From the NCBI GenBank assembly GCA_030704615.1, contig CM060733.1:54870001-54934000 (forward strand): DNA of 64,000 bases, written 5' to 3'. Source of the DNA: Takakia lepidozioides. Lineage: Eukaryota > Plantae > Bryophyta. A program made the translations under genes and the position numbers. The notes beneath the pieces were generated by a model that searched no databases, was not told the origin of the DNA, and worked only from the letters and a program-made list of their open reading frames with translations. This document shows, one piece after another, positions 1 through 11,812 of the stretch (its first letter is position 1; each line of letters begins with the position of its first letter).

Positions 1-1170
1 TTACAACTGGCTCTCTAATACTCTCATCTGGCACGCCCTCCTCAAATGGAAAGCAACAAGTTTTCACACATGCACGAATTACTTCCAGGTTGGAAGACGA
101 TACTCCTAATCGAGGTGCAGCTATCTTCAGGAAAAGTTTCATGGCCTCCTCCTCGTTCATATTTGGGATGGGCTTACAACAAGTTGTATCAGGAAGCACA
201 GCGTTCACAATATCCTGATTTCTTGAAGTAATCAGTAGTTTGCTACCTGGACAACTGATGCACTCTAGATAGTCTCGAGCCTCCTGCCGAGATGCTTCAT
301 CATCTTGGACATTGTCTACAGCCAGAAAAACACGTCTACCTTTCAGGCGCTCTTTCAAACGCTCTTTAGCCTGCAACCAAAGAATCACTTCCAAACTTTT
401 ACGACACGAGAATATACGAAGAGTACTAAGGTACTACTGCTGCAGATTGAAATTTGTCAGAACTTTGTCAACTGTTTTGTACCTCGAGTAGAATTATTTG
501 CACTATGCCGCATGTCTACTACAAACATATATATCTCTTTGGCAATCATTCGGCTGGCCAGAATTACAGAATGACACCTTACAGACTCAGACTTGTAATT
601 GATTGCAGAACGTTATCATACTGCAGATGAAGCACTTGGAGAAAGAGTCACAAGCAGCACGAACTCTCCAAATGTTCAGTGGTCAAGTATCGAGGGAGCA
701 AATGAGATACCGGACATACAGTCTCAAAGGTGTAGGCTCGAAGAAGAAACGAGGCTCCAAAAGACGAAGGAAGAGAACCCAAACGAGGTAGGGAGGACGT
801 CGGACGGGTAACATATATTCATCCCTATACAACCCTCGATTTGGTTTCTACGACCAAAGCAAGCTACGAGATTGCTTACCACACTCGGTTCCTGAATGTT
901 TTCTGCGGGACGATTCCTCAATTCTGTAAGTTCCCGTAAGACCTTCTTTTGACGGTCGAGTTGTCTTCGTGCATTGTCAGGCCCATGGCCGGGCTCATGG
1001 CCTCCAAGCTCCACATGACAAACTTTAAAATCAAATTCCGATGATAAATGGCTACACAACGCTTTGCACATTGTTGTCTTGCCTAAACCTCCCATGCCGT
1101 ATAGTCCTAGATATTGTACTTTGCTGTTGTGCTCAGCAGTACTATCGTGGAACATTCCCGATAAGACCTG
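1..1170 (-). CDS. NB-ARC (NLR-type) gene fragment; exons approx 880-1170 and 1-370; continues beyond the window start; 5' end unresolved
   Basis: P-loop GLYGMGGLGKTT in ORF 724-1224. Phase-0 GT-AG intron 371-879. The next exon reads ...RVFLAVDNVQDD (kinase-2) ...GSKLLITSRN (RNBS-B) ...EEEAMKLF and is open to base 1. Confidence 0.85.
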
Positions 1171-2432
1171 TATTGGTTGAAAACCCAAATCAGAGAGCAT
1201 ACACCCGCATGGCAACTGAAACATTCAGATCCTAACAACTTCACTTGCGATTCAACCTTAACGCATCCTTACAGACTTTCACAAAGAGGTGTAGGGGTCC
1301 CATTAGTAGATGATTTGAGTGTTTCATACGAGAGGTGTCCATTAGTTGGGATTTCTCAAAGACATATTTTGTCAGTTTCTAACCCTTGGTGGGTGGGCCA
1401 TTTATTGCATTGCATCTTTTGCTAATTGAGAGTATAAAATTGCCAACAGAAGATAAGACCAAGGAATTGCAAGGAAGCTACAATCCTTGCCTATCTTCAA
1501 ACTAGGCACAAATTAATGCTGATTATCGAACCAGGGACTTCACTTATTCATTTGTCAGCAATGACTTGGCTCATGGCTTGGTTGCACTTATAGGCAGCCA
1601 CCGGATTGGTCTTGACCTTGTCTCTAGATCAACAGTGTCTTCACCAGCATCTAGTGTTCCTTGAGCATAAATGTTAGCCTTTTCATATTCCAGAAGGCTA
1701 TTGTCTGATGGAAATGTCCTCAGTCTTTAGCCATGAGTGGTTGAGTAGCACACCAGGGATTATTGGAACATAACTAACTTCCAACTTCAAATGCTGTTCT
1801 CCCTAAGCGAGTACACACCACCCAACTTCGTCTCTTGTAGGCCTTGAAGAATCCACTGTATGCAAGTACCAGATCACTGCCAATCAGATGACAGTGATGA
1901 CATAGAATCATTAGCCACAACAGACTAGAGGGGATTGGTCCCATTATCTAGTTCAAAAATGTTGCAGTCTTACCCAACTCTTCCTTCTGTTTGAAAGCAA
2001 ATGGAACAAGATTTCCTCCTAAACCCAGGTGTGACCAGCTTGTATTGTGACCAAGGCAACCCACACTAAAGTACCCTATATATCTTACATAGAAGAAATG
2101 AATTGTATCCAGCACTGGAGCAGAATACATGCACATAATATGCTATCCCAGTCTGGTCTCCGGCTGCCTTCTAGATGGTATACTTAAACAAGCAGAACAG
2201 AGCTAATAACTAAGTTGCTTGAGACAAGATGAAGAGGAGGGTATCAGATGTAGGGTGTTGCATCCAGGTATATAAACATTGTTCTCACACACTGGTTGGA
2301 CAGAGCCAATTTGAAAACAAGGTTGGGACAAAGAGAGGGAAAGGAAAGGTAGAGGGGAAGAGAGAGTGAAATGTTGCTAGAACGCTCTCTACAAAAAGGA
2401 AGAGTGAGAGGGGAATTGTTGGAGCTTGCAGG

Positions 2433-5400
2433 TCATGTGACAGGCTCCTCAAGAGTTGCATTAACAAGGTCATTGATACGTGGGTACGAAGCTTTCTCAT
2501 CCAGCTGGTTCTGGGCCCATATTAACATCTTCAGAAGACTTGGCAGCTTTGGATCTGTACGTTCAGCAAACGACATCCATATCACTATTCATGGTAGGTC
2601 AGGTCAATTCATAGCAAAGTCAAGTCACTATTCATGTCACTATCACTCATATTACTATTACGACTCATACATTCTATGCCGGGAGTACTTAATTACCATG
2701 CAGGTTACAACTTAAGAAGGAAAAACACAAACCTGCTATCAGGTAGCAGTAAGTGAAACTAGGACAAATGAAAACACAGGTGAACCAGAAGCTGTGAAAC
2801 AACGTGAATGAGTACCTCCATCACCAGGTGCTTGGACCAAGTACATGATAAGCATGTATCTATGAATTGAAACTTTCCCAAAGCCTGCTTATTGTAATAG
2901 AATATGCAGCAGCAGCAGGAGGTCGATCTGTCTTATCTGACACTGCCATAGCTTTTCTATGAATATACCTCAATAAGCCATATATGGAGTGGTTCTTGAC
3001 CATCAAGGGGTACCTTTCTCGTGGCTCTGGCTGGTGAGGATGGCAGCGTTTAGTTCGCTCGCAGTTTTTTGACGTTGGGAAATGTCAAGCAGCTCTCCAA
3101 CTGGACAACTGGCAGTGTCCTCAAATGCCAACAAGGCCACCGTGCGCTCCAACTCCTCCAGAAACGCATGCTGTCATGATGTAACAAACAACCACCAGTT
3201 CAGTGAGTGAGGGGCTAGAATAAGAGAGAGAGAGACGGGGGAGAGAGGAGGCCAGACAGCCAGTGGCTGCTGAAGAAAGAGCACATGGGGTGGGCATTGA
3301 CCAGCTGCATTGCAGCCTAGCCCTTAGTCTGTTGGAAAACCACTGGCGGGTGGTCGGGCTAGGGATTGAACCTAGGACCTCCCCCATTCCGGTGGGGTGC
3401 TCTACCACTGAGCTACCCGTCCCGTTCTGTTCTCAAAGTGCCGTGCAAGGGCTATAACCTTGACACTCCAACACTCCCCCTCAAGGCATAGCCCTTATAG
3501 CTGATGCCCACCCATTCTGACCACCGCCCCAACCTTGGCTCTGATACCATGTTGGAAAACCACTGGCGTGTGGTCGGGCTAGGGACTGAACCTAGGACCT
3601 CCCCCAATCCGGTGAGGTGCTCTACCACTGAGCTACCCGTCCCGTTCTGTTCTCAAAGTGTCGTGCAAGGGCTATAGCCTTGACACTCCAACATAGTCCG
3701 CCAGACTACTACCCGATGCCGTGCCCCCATCCTGTGCTGGCACCCCACTGGGGGCAATCTAATACCTTGGGTTCGAAAAGTTTCTTGCAAGTGGTTTCGC
3801 ACCATGTGGCAATTCCAAGATTTTGACGCGCAGGGGTGCACACTTGGGGTGCATTCATTGGGTACAGGGGTGCTTGAACGGGCATGACACATTAGACTCA
3901 GAAAGAACATTGCCAACAGCATACTCCATTTCTGTGTTCATACGCCTCCATTAATATGTCCATACCAACAAAAAGAGAAACTCACATTTTCTTCTCCACG
4001 GGGTGCCAGTTCTTCTTGGGCAAATTCAAGAGCCTCCTCGACTTTCCCACTGCGAATGAGCTCTATCAGTCGCTGCTGCTGCAAGTGGAAGAAGAGCTGT
4101 GGATTTGTGTCCAGTATCTGTCATGTCTCACCAGCAGATATTCAAGATGCCATTCAAGTTGACAGCAAACCCGACAATGGATACACACAAGAGACGAGAA
4201 ATAGTGGTACACAAACTTGTCCAACACTAAAAGAAAGAGAATGCAGGAAGCTTGCTCTGGGAGAAGGGAGTGAACTCGTTGACCATCCCAGTGGATGTTC
4301 GCTGTGTGCCCTTGAGGCATGGTTCCCACGGGATGCGAACCTCCTGGGGCCAGTAATGGGGCTTGCACCCATCAGGGTATATGAGACTCTGTCCAAATGT
4401 GCTTGGACAACAGACAACCATCCAGCCACAGGAGATTGCATGATTTATGGGCTGGCATTGACATCATACTAGGTCCATTGGCCAGACGAAGGGCAGGGAG
4501 AGGAGAGACGAAACAGAGAGACGAGGACGTAGAAAGGTTGCCATTCATCACGAAAAAGAGGAAGAGAGAGGGAGAGTAGTTGCCGTTGGTATTGATATAC
4601 CTTTCAGCAAATACTGACTGATTCCTGAGCTAGTTGTGGGAATTCCAACCCACCTGGGCAGGAAACTCAACCTGAAATTGCCATTGTGCACATGCACAGC
4701 TGAAGACTCCGGGGGGTTTGAGGATTCTTCTGACTAGTATGGACATCAGTAAAAAGCCTCACGTGCACGTCAGAACTTGCTAGTATTAGAGAGAGATTGT
4801 ACTCATAAGACGTTTGCCGTAGCCTTGTGGCCATTGACCCCGCGCCCAGTTTGAGCGGGAACAAAAGGGACAGAACCTACCTCTGTCAGGGGCTGACGTT
4901 GGTAGTAAGACTTACCTCCATATATAGAATTAATCCGGGTTTTCCAGATATCCTCTAGAAATCCCTTCACACAAGCATCAATCTGCTGTGTGTGATTTGC
5001 CCAAAAACTAGGCCTCAGGAGGGCCTGGGCTTTTGGCTCAGCCTCGAGACTTTTAAAGTTGGTAAACAGGGGTACAGGCACAATACCCTTAATAGTATTA
5101 GAGAGAGAGAGAGAAGGGAAGGGAAGGAGAGAGGAGGACCACAGACAGTCCACTCTGAACAAAACACGTCACGTGGCTGCCAGGTCATCGGTGGCAGCTA
5201 GAGACACATACTCAGATGTACAGACAGAAGGAAGACGGAAAATAGTATCACCTCTGGGTTGAGGTCATTGACTTTCTCGATGGCATCTTCCACATTTCCA
5301 CACTGCACTGCTTTGCGTACTGCCATTCGATCGGTAATGGTGCCCAGATCTATGTCTGCTGTTCCTTACTCAGGAACAGCTCTTCCAATTTATTTTGTAT

Positions 5401-6029
5401 AAAATAGACTAACAAAAATAAAGCAGTACTTGTAGGGTGCCCAAGTCTTTGGTATTCTTTTAGAATTTTGAACAACATATAGACGTTATAAAGTGGCCCC
5501 AAGGTAGGTGAGAGGAGTGTCACTTGAGAGTTTTTTCATAGAGTTATGCAGGTGGTAGATCTGATGCCTGATAGTGCATTGACAGGAGCACCCACAGCAA
5601 GATACGTTCTTAAAAATAAGATGAAAGCCAGAGAGCCCATTTCTCTTGAATACTAACAGGGACACAGAAAGGCTTCTACCTTCCTTTCTTTACTTGTACA
5701 AAAATCTCAACGAACTAACTCAGCAACACCATTCAGCCAGAGAGCCCATTTCTCTTGAATACTAACAGGGACACAGAAAGGCTTCTACCTTCCTTTCTTT
5801 ACTTGTACAAAAATCTCAACGAACTAACTCAGCAACACCATTCAGCCAATATGAATAGCGAAAGGATACGTTGGGTTCCCGACTCCATTTGGAACTTTTC
5901 GGCTGCCTCGACATACCCTTCTGTGACCAGAAAATTCATCACCAGTTTGTTCATATCTTCTTTTCGAATTTTCACATCGCTCAGCTTCTTCTCCCATTCT
6001 TCCTTTGTAATCACCTTCTTTGATGATGA
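2433..6029 (-). CDS. GID8: GID8/TWA1-like LisH-CTLH-CRA protein (CTLH E3 ligase subunit); exons 5870-6029, 5252-5358, 3986-4117, 3014-3170, 2433-2554; start-codon exon not located
   Basis: Manual splicing gives [16 protein letters not shown]...[21 protein letters not shown]...[49 protein letters not shown]...[15 protein letters not shown]...[18 protein letters not shown]...*. All introns are GT-AG. Confidence 0.93.
3330..3693 (-). mobile_element. TRIM (miniature non-autonomous LTR retrotransposon) with tRNA-like LTRs, Helenus-like, in a GID8 intron
   Basis: Two 144-bp TG..CA LTRs (3330-3473, 3550-3693; 6 differences). 5-bp TSD TAGTC (3325-3329, 3694-3698). On the minus strand: PBS TGGTATCAGAGC (tRNA-iMet) at 3538-3549 and PPT GAGGGGGAG at 3474-3482. 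The internal part is 76 bp. Confidence 0.95.
4797..5092 (-). mobile_element. 5'-truncated non-LTR retrotransposon (LINE) 3' end in a GID8 intron
   Basis: Near-identical to 40265-40565. Flanked by a 16-bp TSD TAGTATTAGAGAGAGA (4781-4796, 5093-5108). Encodes the same C-terminal peptide (...[12 protein letters not shown]...) as the longer copy. Confidence 0.75.
5626..5848. repeat. Perfect 109-bp tandem duplication in a GID8 intron
   Basis: The unit starting AGCCAGAGAGCCCATTTCTC occurs at 5626 and 5735, with AGCCA microhomology again at 5844. Confidence 0.9.
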
Positions 6030-8460
6030 CTGCTATGATACACAAGACAAAGCCCTCAGTTAAACAGAAATTGCAAACTCATCTGTCTGCGCTTCCTCGA
6101 CTACGACTTTTCTGTTCCACATCCATCCCCCAATGTTTACAGCATGACATGTCTAGTTCACATGCACAGTGTCTCTCTCTCTGTATGTGTCTCTTCCTCT
6201 CCCTCCATCCCTTCTCCCCACTGATACTCCTCCGGCCTCTTCCTTTTCCTCCTCCCTAACAGTGGCTTGCATTTCCTGTGCCTGCTGCGAAACTGAAGTA
6301 GATACATTTCTTTGGATATGTCTCTTTATGTCTCATCTTACATGCATCATCTTGCCTCAAAAGTTTCCAGTTACTGTCTAAGTCCTCCGATCCAGAGTCA
6401 CCACCTCAGCTATCCTTTTACTGCGATCCACCATACTCATTTTTGAAAAGGTCACCAGGGGGATAAAGAAAGGGTGAGCCTTTGCGGGGTTTCTTATTGA
6501 CAGGCACTAAACTTGTTCTACCAGAACAAAGGATGCCTAGTTCTATCTCCCCCTATCCCAACTTTGCTCATTTCACTTTCTCACCTCCACATTCAGCAGA
6601 AGAAAAAAAATTCAGCATGGGGCTTCTGGATTTGTTTGAAGTGGGGAGAACATGCAAAATAAAAAAGACATCTATGTTTGAGACCCCCTTCCATGTTTCT
6701 TTCAGAATGTAGCTAATTCACTCTTTCTTCTGCTGAGTGTTCCTTGATTCTAAATCTCTCTTGACAAATGTTCCGTCCAAACTGGGGATAGGGTCTATGG
6801 CCACAAGGCTTCGGAGACAACATCTTATGAGTACATTCTATTTTGGCAGCCACAAAATATGATAGCCAATAGGGGGGAGGGAGTGAGGGGAGACATGTAC
6901 CTCGCCTTTACCCATGGCTAGATGCTTCCTTGTCTTTGCCTTCCTCTCTCCACAAAGTTCTTCAGCTCCTCTACACATCGGACCAAAAGGTTTGAGAGAG
7001 CAAGAGAGAGAGAGAGAGAGATTATGAGAGGGGGAGCGTGGTGGAACTTTCCTATTCAGAAGATTTCGAAACTGATTAGGGAGCATGTGGAGTTTGACGA
7101 ACAGAGAACCATAGAACAACTGATGCAAGAAAGAACAATCTGTTCAAGACGAAGGATAGGGAGACAGACAACACAAGACAATAAAAAACAGGTTGGAAAG
7201 GCGTATTGCTACAAAAGACAGCAAAATCAAGTCAAAAAATCACAAGGACATAAGCAGGAGAAAATACCTCAAAAAGCAAATTCAAGATCACGAAGGATAC
7301 TTGCAAAGCATCGCTACACTTATGAAGGATTTGAAGAGACGGAGAGCTGGGGCGGGGGAGGAAAAAATAAGGGCTACCCGATATAGGTTATTTCCAATGC
7401 AAAGGCAAGCGAAATAAGAAGTCGCCTCGTAGAATAACATGAGGAAACAGCCCCCGATAAGACAGAGAGATGGCACAAAATGCGAAGAATTTGAAGAGGA
7501 AAAGGATATGACACCTAGAGATGAAAGTAAAGAGCACAGATTGTAGAGAAATGCAAAGAGACACAGAGTCCCTAGTAAGAATCCGACAAGCACAGAAGAT
7601 TACGAATAATCCACCAGAAACCCTTAGATGCATAATATGCAGCTTTCAAAAATAGTGGAGAAAGAACAAAGAAAGTGCAATTGCAGGAGAGTAACGTACC
7701 TGAATATTACGGAAAGCTGAGGCCGCTGGATTGGGTCACCAGGTACCAATTACAATTGCTACCTAAATTTGACTCGTCAATCAAAACAATCCCCCAGGCT
7801 GCAGAGTCCCTAGAGCCCAATCATCCCTCCCCCGGAAATGGAGCACTACCCCGCATCGGAACCAAATACCATAGCAGGAACTTGCAAGATTACTTGATCT
7901 CTACTGCAGGAAGAGAAACTTACTGACCAACGCCTAAAGCGTGATGCTCACTGCAGCCATAACCGAAAGAACTATCCCAGAACCACATTCAGCGTCCCCG
8001 AAGGCCCAGGTTTAGGGCATCTTCTTCGATGGGATGCAAATTGTGCGCAGAACGTAAGTAAGAGAGTAGCGTGCGCAGCAGAGAAGAGCGAGAAGCCATG
8101 GAGGGCCTCCGAAGGGTAGCAGAATTGTGGGGGCGGGTTTCGGGCCCGGGTCGCCGACATCGCGGACCGGGTGGGACGCCAATGGATGACCGCAGTTCGC
8201 ATCAATTTTTTTTATCATCCTCACGGGCCGGGTCAAAAATCGCGGGCGGGATGCACTGCCCGCAGTTTACCGATGAACGTTGTTCACAGGAATGCGACGG
8301 AGTTCATTCATCGACCTGCAAAAGGTGGAGTTTTAACACCATTTTACGAGGGTGAATGTGAAAGAGTAAAAGCGGAAGCTTGCACAGTTTTTACACTTGG
8401 GGGTGGAGCAGCCTTATCCGAGAGGAGAGAGACGAGCTGAGCTCAGTGCGGCAAGAATCC

Positions 8461-10196
8461 ATGGCCGCTCTGGGCCCTGTGGGCAGGGCTTTGTATTTTC
8501 CGCCTCTCGTATGTCCGCGCTCCGAACTACAAGCGCGTCCCTCCCTGATCCGCTGGTACAATGTGTGTTTTTTTGTTTTGGTTGCTCATGTTGAATCAGT
8601 GCTCCAATTTCGGTACTGTTGTTCTAGAACTGCCAGTCGGGGCTGCATGATCCGTATAACAATCTGAGCATGCGTGAAGGTTGTTTGTGTTTCACTAGCT
8701 TAAGCGGAGCATAGACCTGGTCAGAGGTGGTAGCAAGTCTTGTATGAAGCATTTGATCAATATGCGATGTGTAAACTTCATGAAACTCAGCTCATGAATG
8801 TTTTGACCAGAAGTGGGAAAGAGAAACTGCTGTATCCATTTTCTCAATTGATGGTGGAGAGTGCTTTTGAGAATTGCCCTCCAATGAGGAACATTGGGGC
8901 ACCATTACTATCCACCTGCTTCGATATGTGAGTCCTGAATATAAGAGGGATTTAACGAGGAAGTTGGCCTCCCATAGATAGACTGGATTCACAGTAGAAT
9001 TGAGGTTGCGACAGGTCGTGGCATGATTCTTCACACTTTCAAATGCATGTTGAGGCGTTTAGTCATCCAGACATTGATATGACAATTTGAAGACTAAAGA
9101 CCATCAGGGTTCTACTGACTTGGTGGTGGGCTACGCAGCATGTGTCAGGGAAGCTCGGTCTCTGCAGACACGGCTGCAGTTCCTAGAAGGGCAGTGTTAC
9201 AGAGCGCTGTCATTCTTGGAGGTCTGCTGGGTTCTGAGGGAGGGGTAGTTTTGAGCGCAAGGGCAGACGAATCCAGCATATCTATCACAAATACAGTGTT
9301 TTTGGACATTGCAATCGACGGCCAGCCAGCAGGACAGATTGTCGTGGGCCTCTTTGGAGACGATGTTCCTGTCGGAGCACAACGATTTGCGGAGCTTGCA
9401 GTTGGTAGAAAAGGAATAGGTTACCGAAGGAAGGAGTTCTACAAAATTGGACGAAATTACATTCAAAATGTCGGACTGCGCACATTCAGTCTTACGGGGG
9501 GACGAGAAGATACAGCGAGGTTCACAGGCGGGGAAACTGCCGACGCGATTGTCGCAGAGATGGCGGAGCTCCAAAAGAAAGGGTCACGTCCCAAGAATGT
9601 GAAGGGAACTGTGTCTATTGTAGCCATCGAGCTGAGCAAGCCGCCTCCGAAGACGAAGCTCGTTGCACGGGATGGCACATTTTTTATGATGGAAGAGTCT
9701 GGGAGGCCCGAGCCCAATGGGACCGAATTCATGATCCTCACAGCAGATTCCCCAGAACTGGATGCAACCAATACTGTGGTAGGTCGAGTGGTTGACGGCA
9801 TGGACGTAGTGGAACGCATTGCAAATGTCAAAGTTGTACAAGAAAATACCAGCAGCCCCTATTTTCAGTAAGCTCCCTCTCTCTGTGTGCAAGAGTTCAG
9901 GCATCACATTAGCATTCTGACTGCTTGCTTGCTGTACCCAGGATGATTTGTATGTGGGTCAGCAGGGAGTGAAGGATGAACTGGAGGTTAGAGTTGATAG
10001 CAGATTGGCTGCTGCCCTAAATACGCTTCAATCACCTCACTGTATCCCAAGAATGTCGAGGTTAATGAGGGTCACTGTGTTGTTGATTGACAGGGTTGCC
10101 AAACTCATAGGGGACACGCGAGCAGTTGTGGCAGAGAAGGGCTTCAACAGGCCTTACTCTAAAGTCATCATTTCAAAATGCGGCCAAGTTAGGTGA
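8461..10196 (+). CDS. CYP26-2: Chloroplast thylakoid-lumen cyclophilin CYP26-2-like; exons 8461-8555, 9139-9867, 10094-10196
   Basis: Transit peptide, twin-Arg PRRAVL plus a hydrophobic stretch ending ARA. Cyclophilin-like motifs VFLDIAIDGQPAGQIVVGLFG, PNGTEF and VVGRVVDGMDVVERI. C-terminus SPYFQVAKLIGDTRAVVAEKGFNRPYSKV. Confidence 0.88.
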
Positions 10197-11812
10197 CCAA
10201 ACTGTCACGACTGTTAAAATACCCAATCTGTCATTTACTGCCCATTGAGTAATTCTTTCAGGTTACATGATTTTTGTGTTTCGGGTAGACATAAACATCC
10301 AACACGATTTGGAGCTTGGACATTATGATCTGCTTGTCATTGTTTCCTGTGATTGTTGGCTTGTTGCTGATGCAACCCGCAAAGTTAGTTGTAATACGTT
10401 CCTGAGACAAGGCCTCATAGGGACTGCTTTCAGAAGCCTTGTGGCATTAGACATGTGCCTGGTTTGGGATGGGCAAATAGACGTTGAGAGGGTGGAGAAG
10501 AATCCGCCGTTTTCGACTAGAAGAGTTAGAGGGAGAGAGAAGACTCTTTGTACTTGGTTTCACCTTATTGCCGTAGACCTGTGCCTGGTTTGCATGAAGA
10601 AGAAAAGGCGGCAAAGCAGGAGAAGGGGACAAGAGGAGAGCAGAATGGAATACACTCCAACATACCTTCCAGATTTCCCCAACAATCCTCTTCACTGTTC
10701 ACTATACCTTCCTTTGATTTGATGCTTTTGAAGAGGGCCTCTCATTCAGGAAAGTACCTAAAGCAGTATCTGAGAAAATGTTTGCTATCTCTCCTGCTGT
10801 GCATAAATATATTTTGGTTAAATTTGTGTATAGATGTAGTCAACCTTCAGTCCCACGGCTCACACTTTTCTTGGAAGGTTGTGAAGAAGTTGAAGATTTA
10901 TATTGAGGGCTTTCAGGGCATTCACTTCTGAGCAACATTTATTGCATGACTTCGCAAACCTCCGGTATTGACTTCTCTTGGTGGAGAGCAAATGGAAAAA
11001 CCGTGATCAGTTTGAATGGATCAAAGGGCTTGAATGATGAGTTACCAAGCAACGGTCATCAGAGCTACCAAGCAATGCCGATACTGTTTTTGGAATGTCT
11101 GCCTGAGATGCCCGTATGATGGAATGGTTTGGGGTGGCGGGTGGCCTTTCTTATGAAAGCAAAATTCAGGTAGGCAAACAGTGTCTGTATCAGCCTGATT
11201 GTAACAGTTGACATAGAAGTATCCCGTGCGCCTCTCCACAATCGTCTGAAAATGTAGCAGGAACCAAAGGGGTGACACACTTGTATCATGATTCACGACT
11301 TCATTCCTTAATTACTTGTTGGCTTCCCTCCGCAAATGCCTTACTTCTGAGAAAACATTCCATCCAATTGTGGTCAGCAAATGCAGATATATGTGTAGGG
11401 GAAGCCTAAGAGGGAGATGTAGAAAGCTTAAGAAGCTTCAACCTTCCATGAGACAAGTGCAGCAAATCAAAGATATGATTTTTAAAGCCATCAGTTCAGT
11501 TTAGACAAGAGTCTTCAGACAGCCAATAAAGTCTAGAGAGTGGAATTGTGTCTCTGTATGAGTTAGTGGTCTGGAGCTCAAATCCCATTTCCTTACATTG
11601 CCAAAGCCTCATTCCTCATAAATGAGAGGAGAATGACCATTCATGCCAAAGGTACAGTAACAGGGTCCAACAGTGGACCCAGGAAAATTAGGTCTGAGGC
11701 AAACATTCTGATGGAGGCAGTGTTTGGCAAAGTATGATACCCGTTTAGGTTTGCAGTCCTGCAGAAGATCATCGGGCATCTTTCTGGGTTTCCACAGAGA
11801 GGAGGAGGAATC

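Noticed and set aside
3350-3645. Two tRNA genes
   Set aside because: Both lie inside TRIM LTRs and have a 6-nt anticodon loop and an acceptor-stem mismatch; treated as TE-borne tRNA-derived sequence.
6922-7633. 154-aa Lys/Arg-rich ORF and overlapping ORFs
   Set aside because: Purine-biased low-complexity sequence with no recognisable domain; likely intron or TE remnant.
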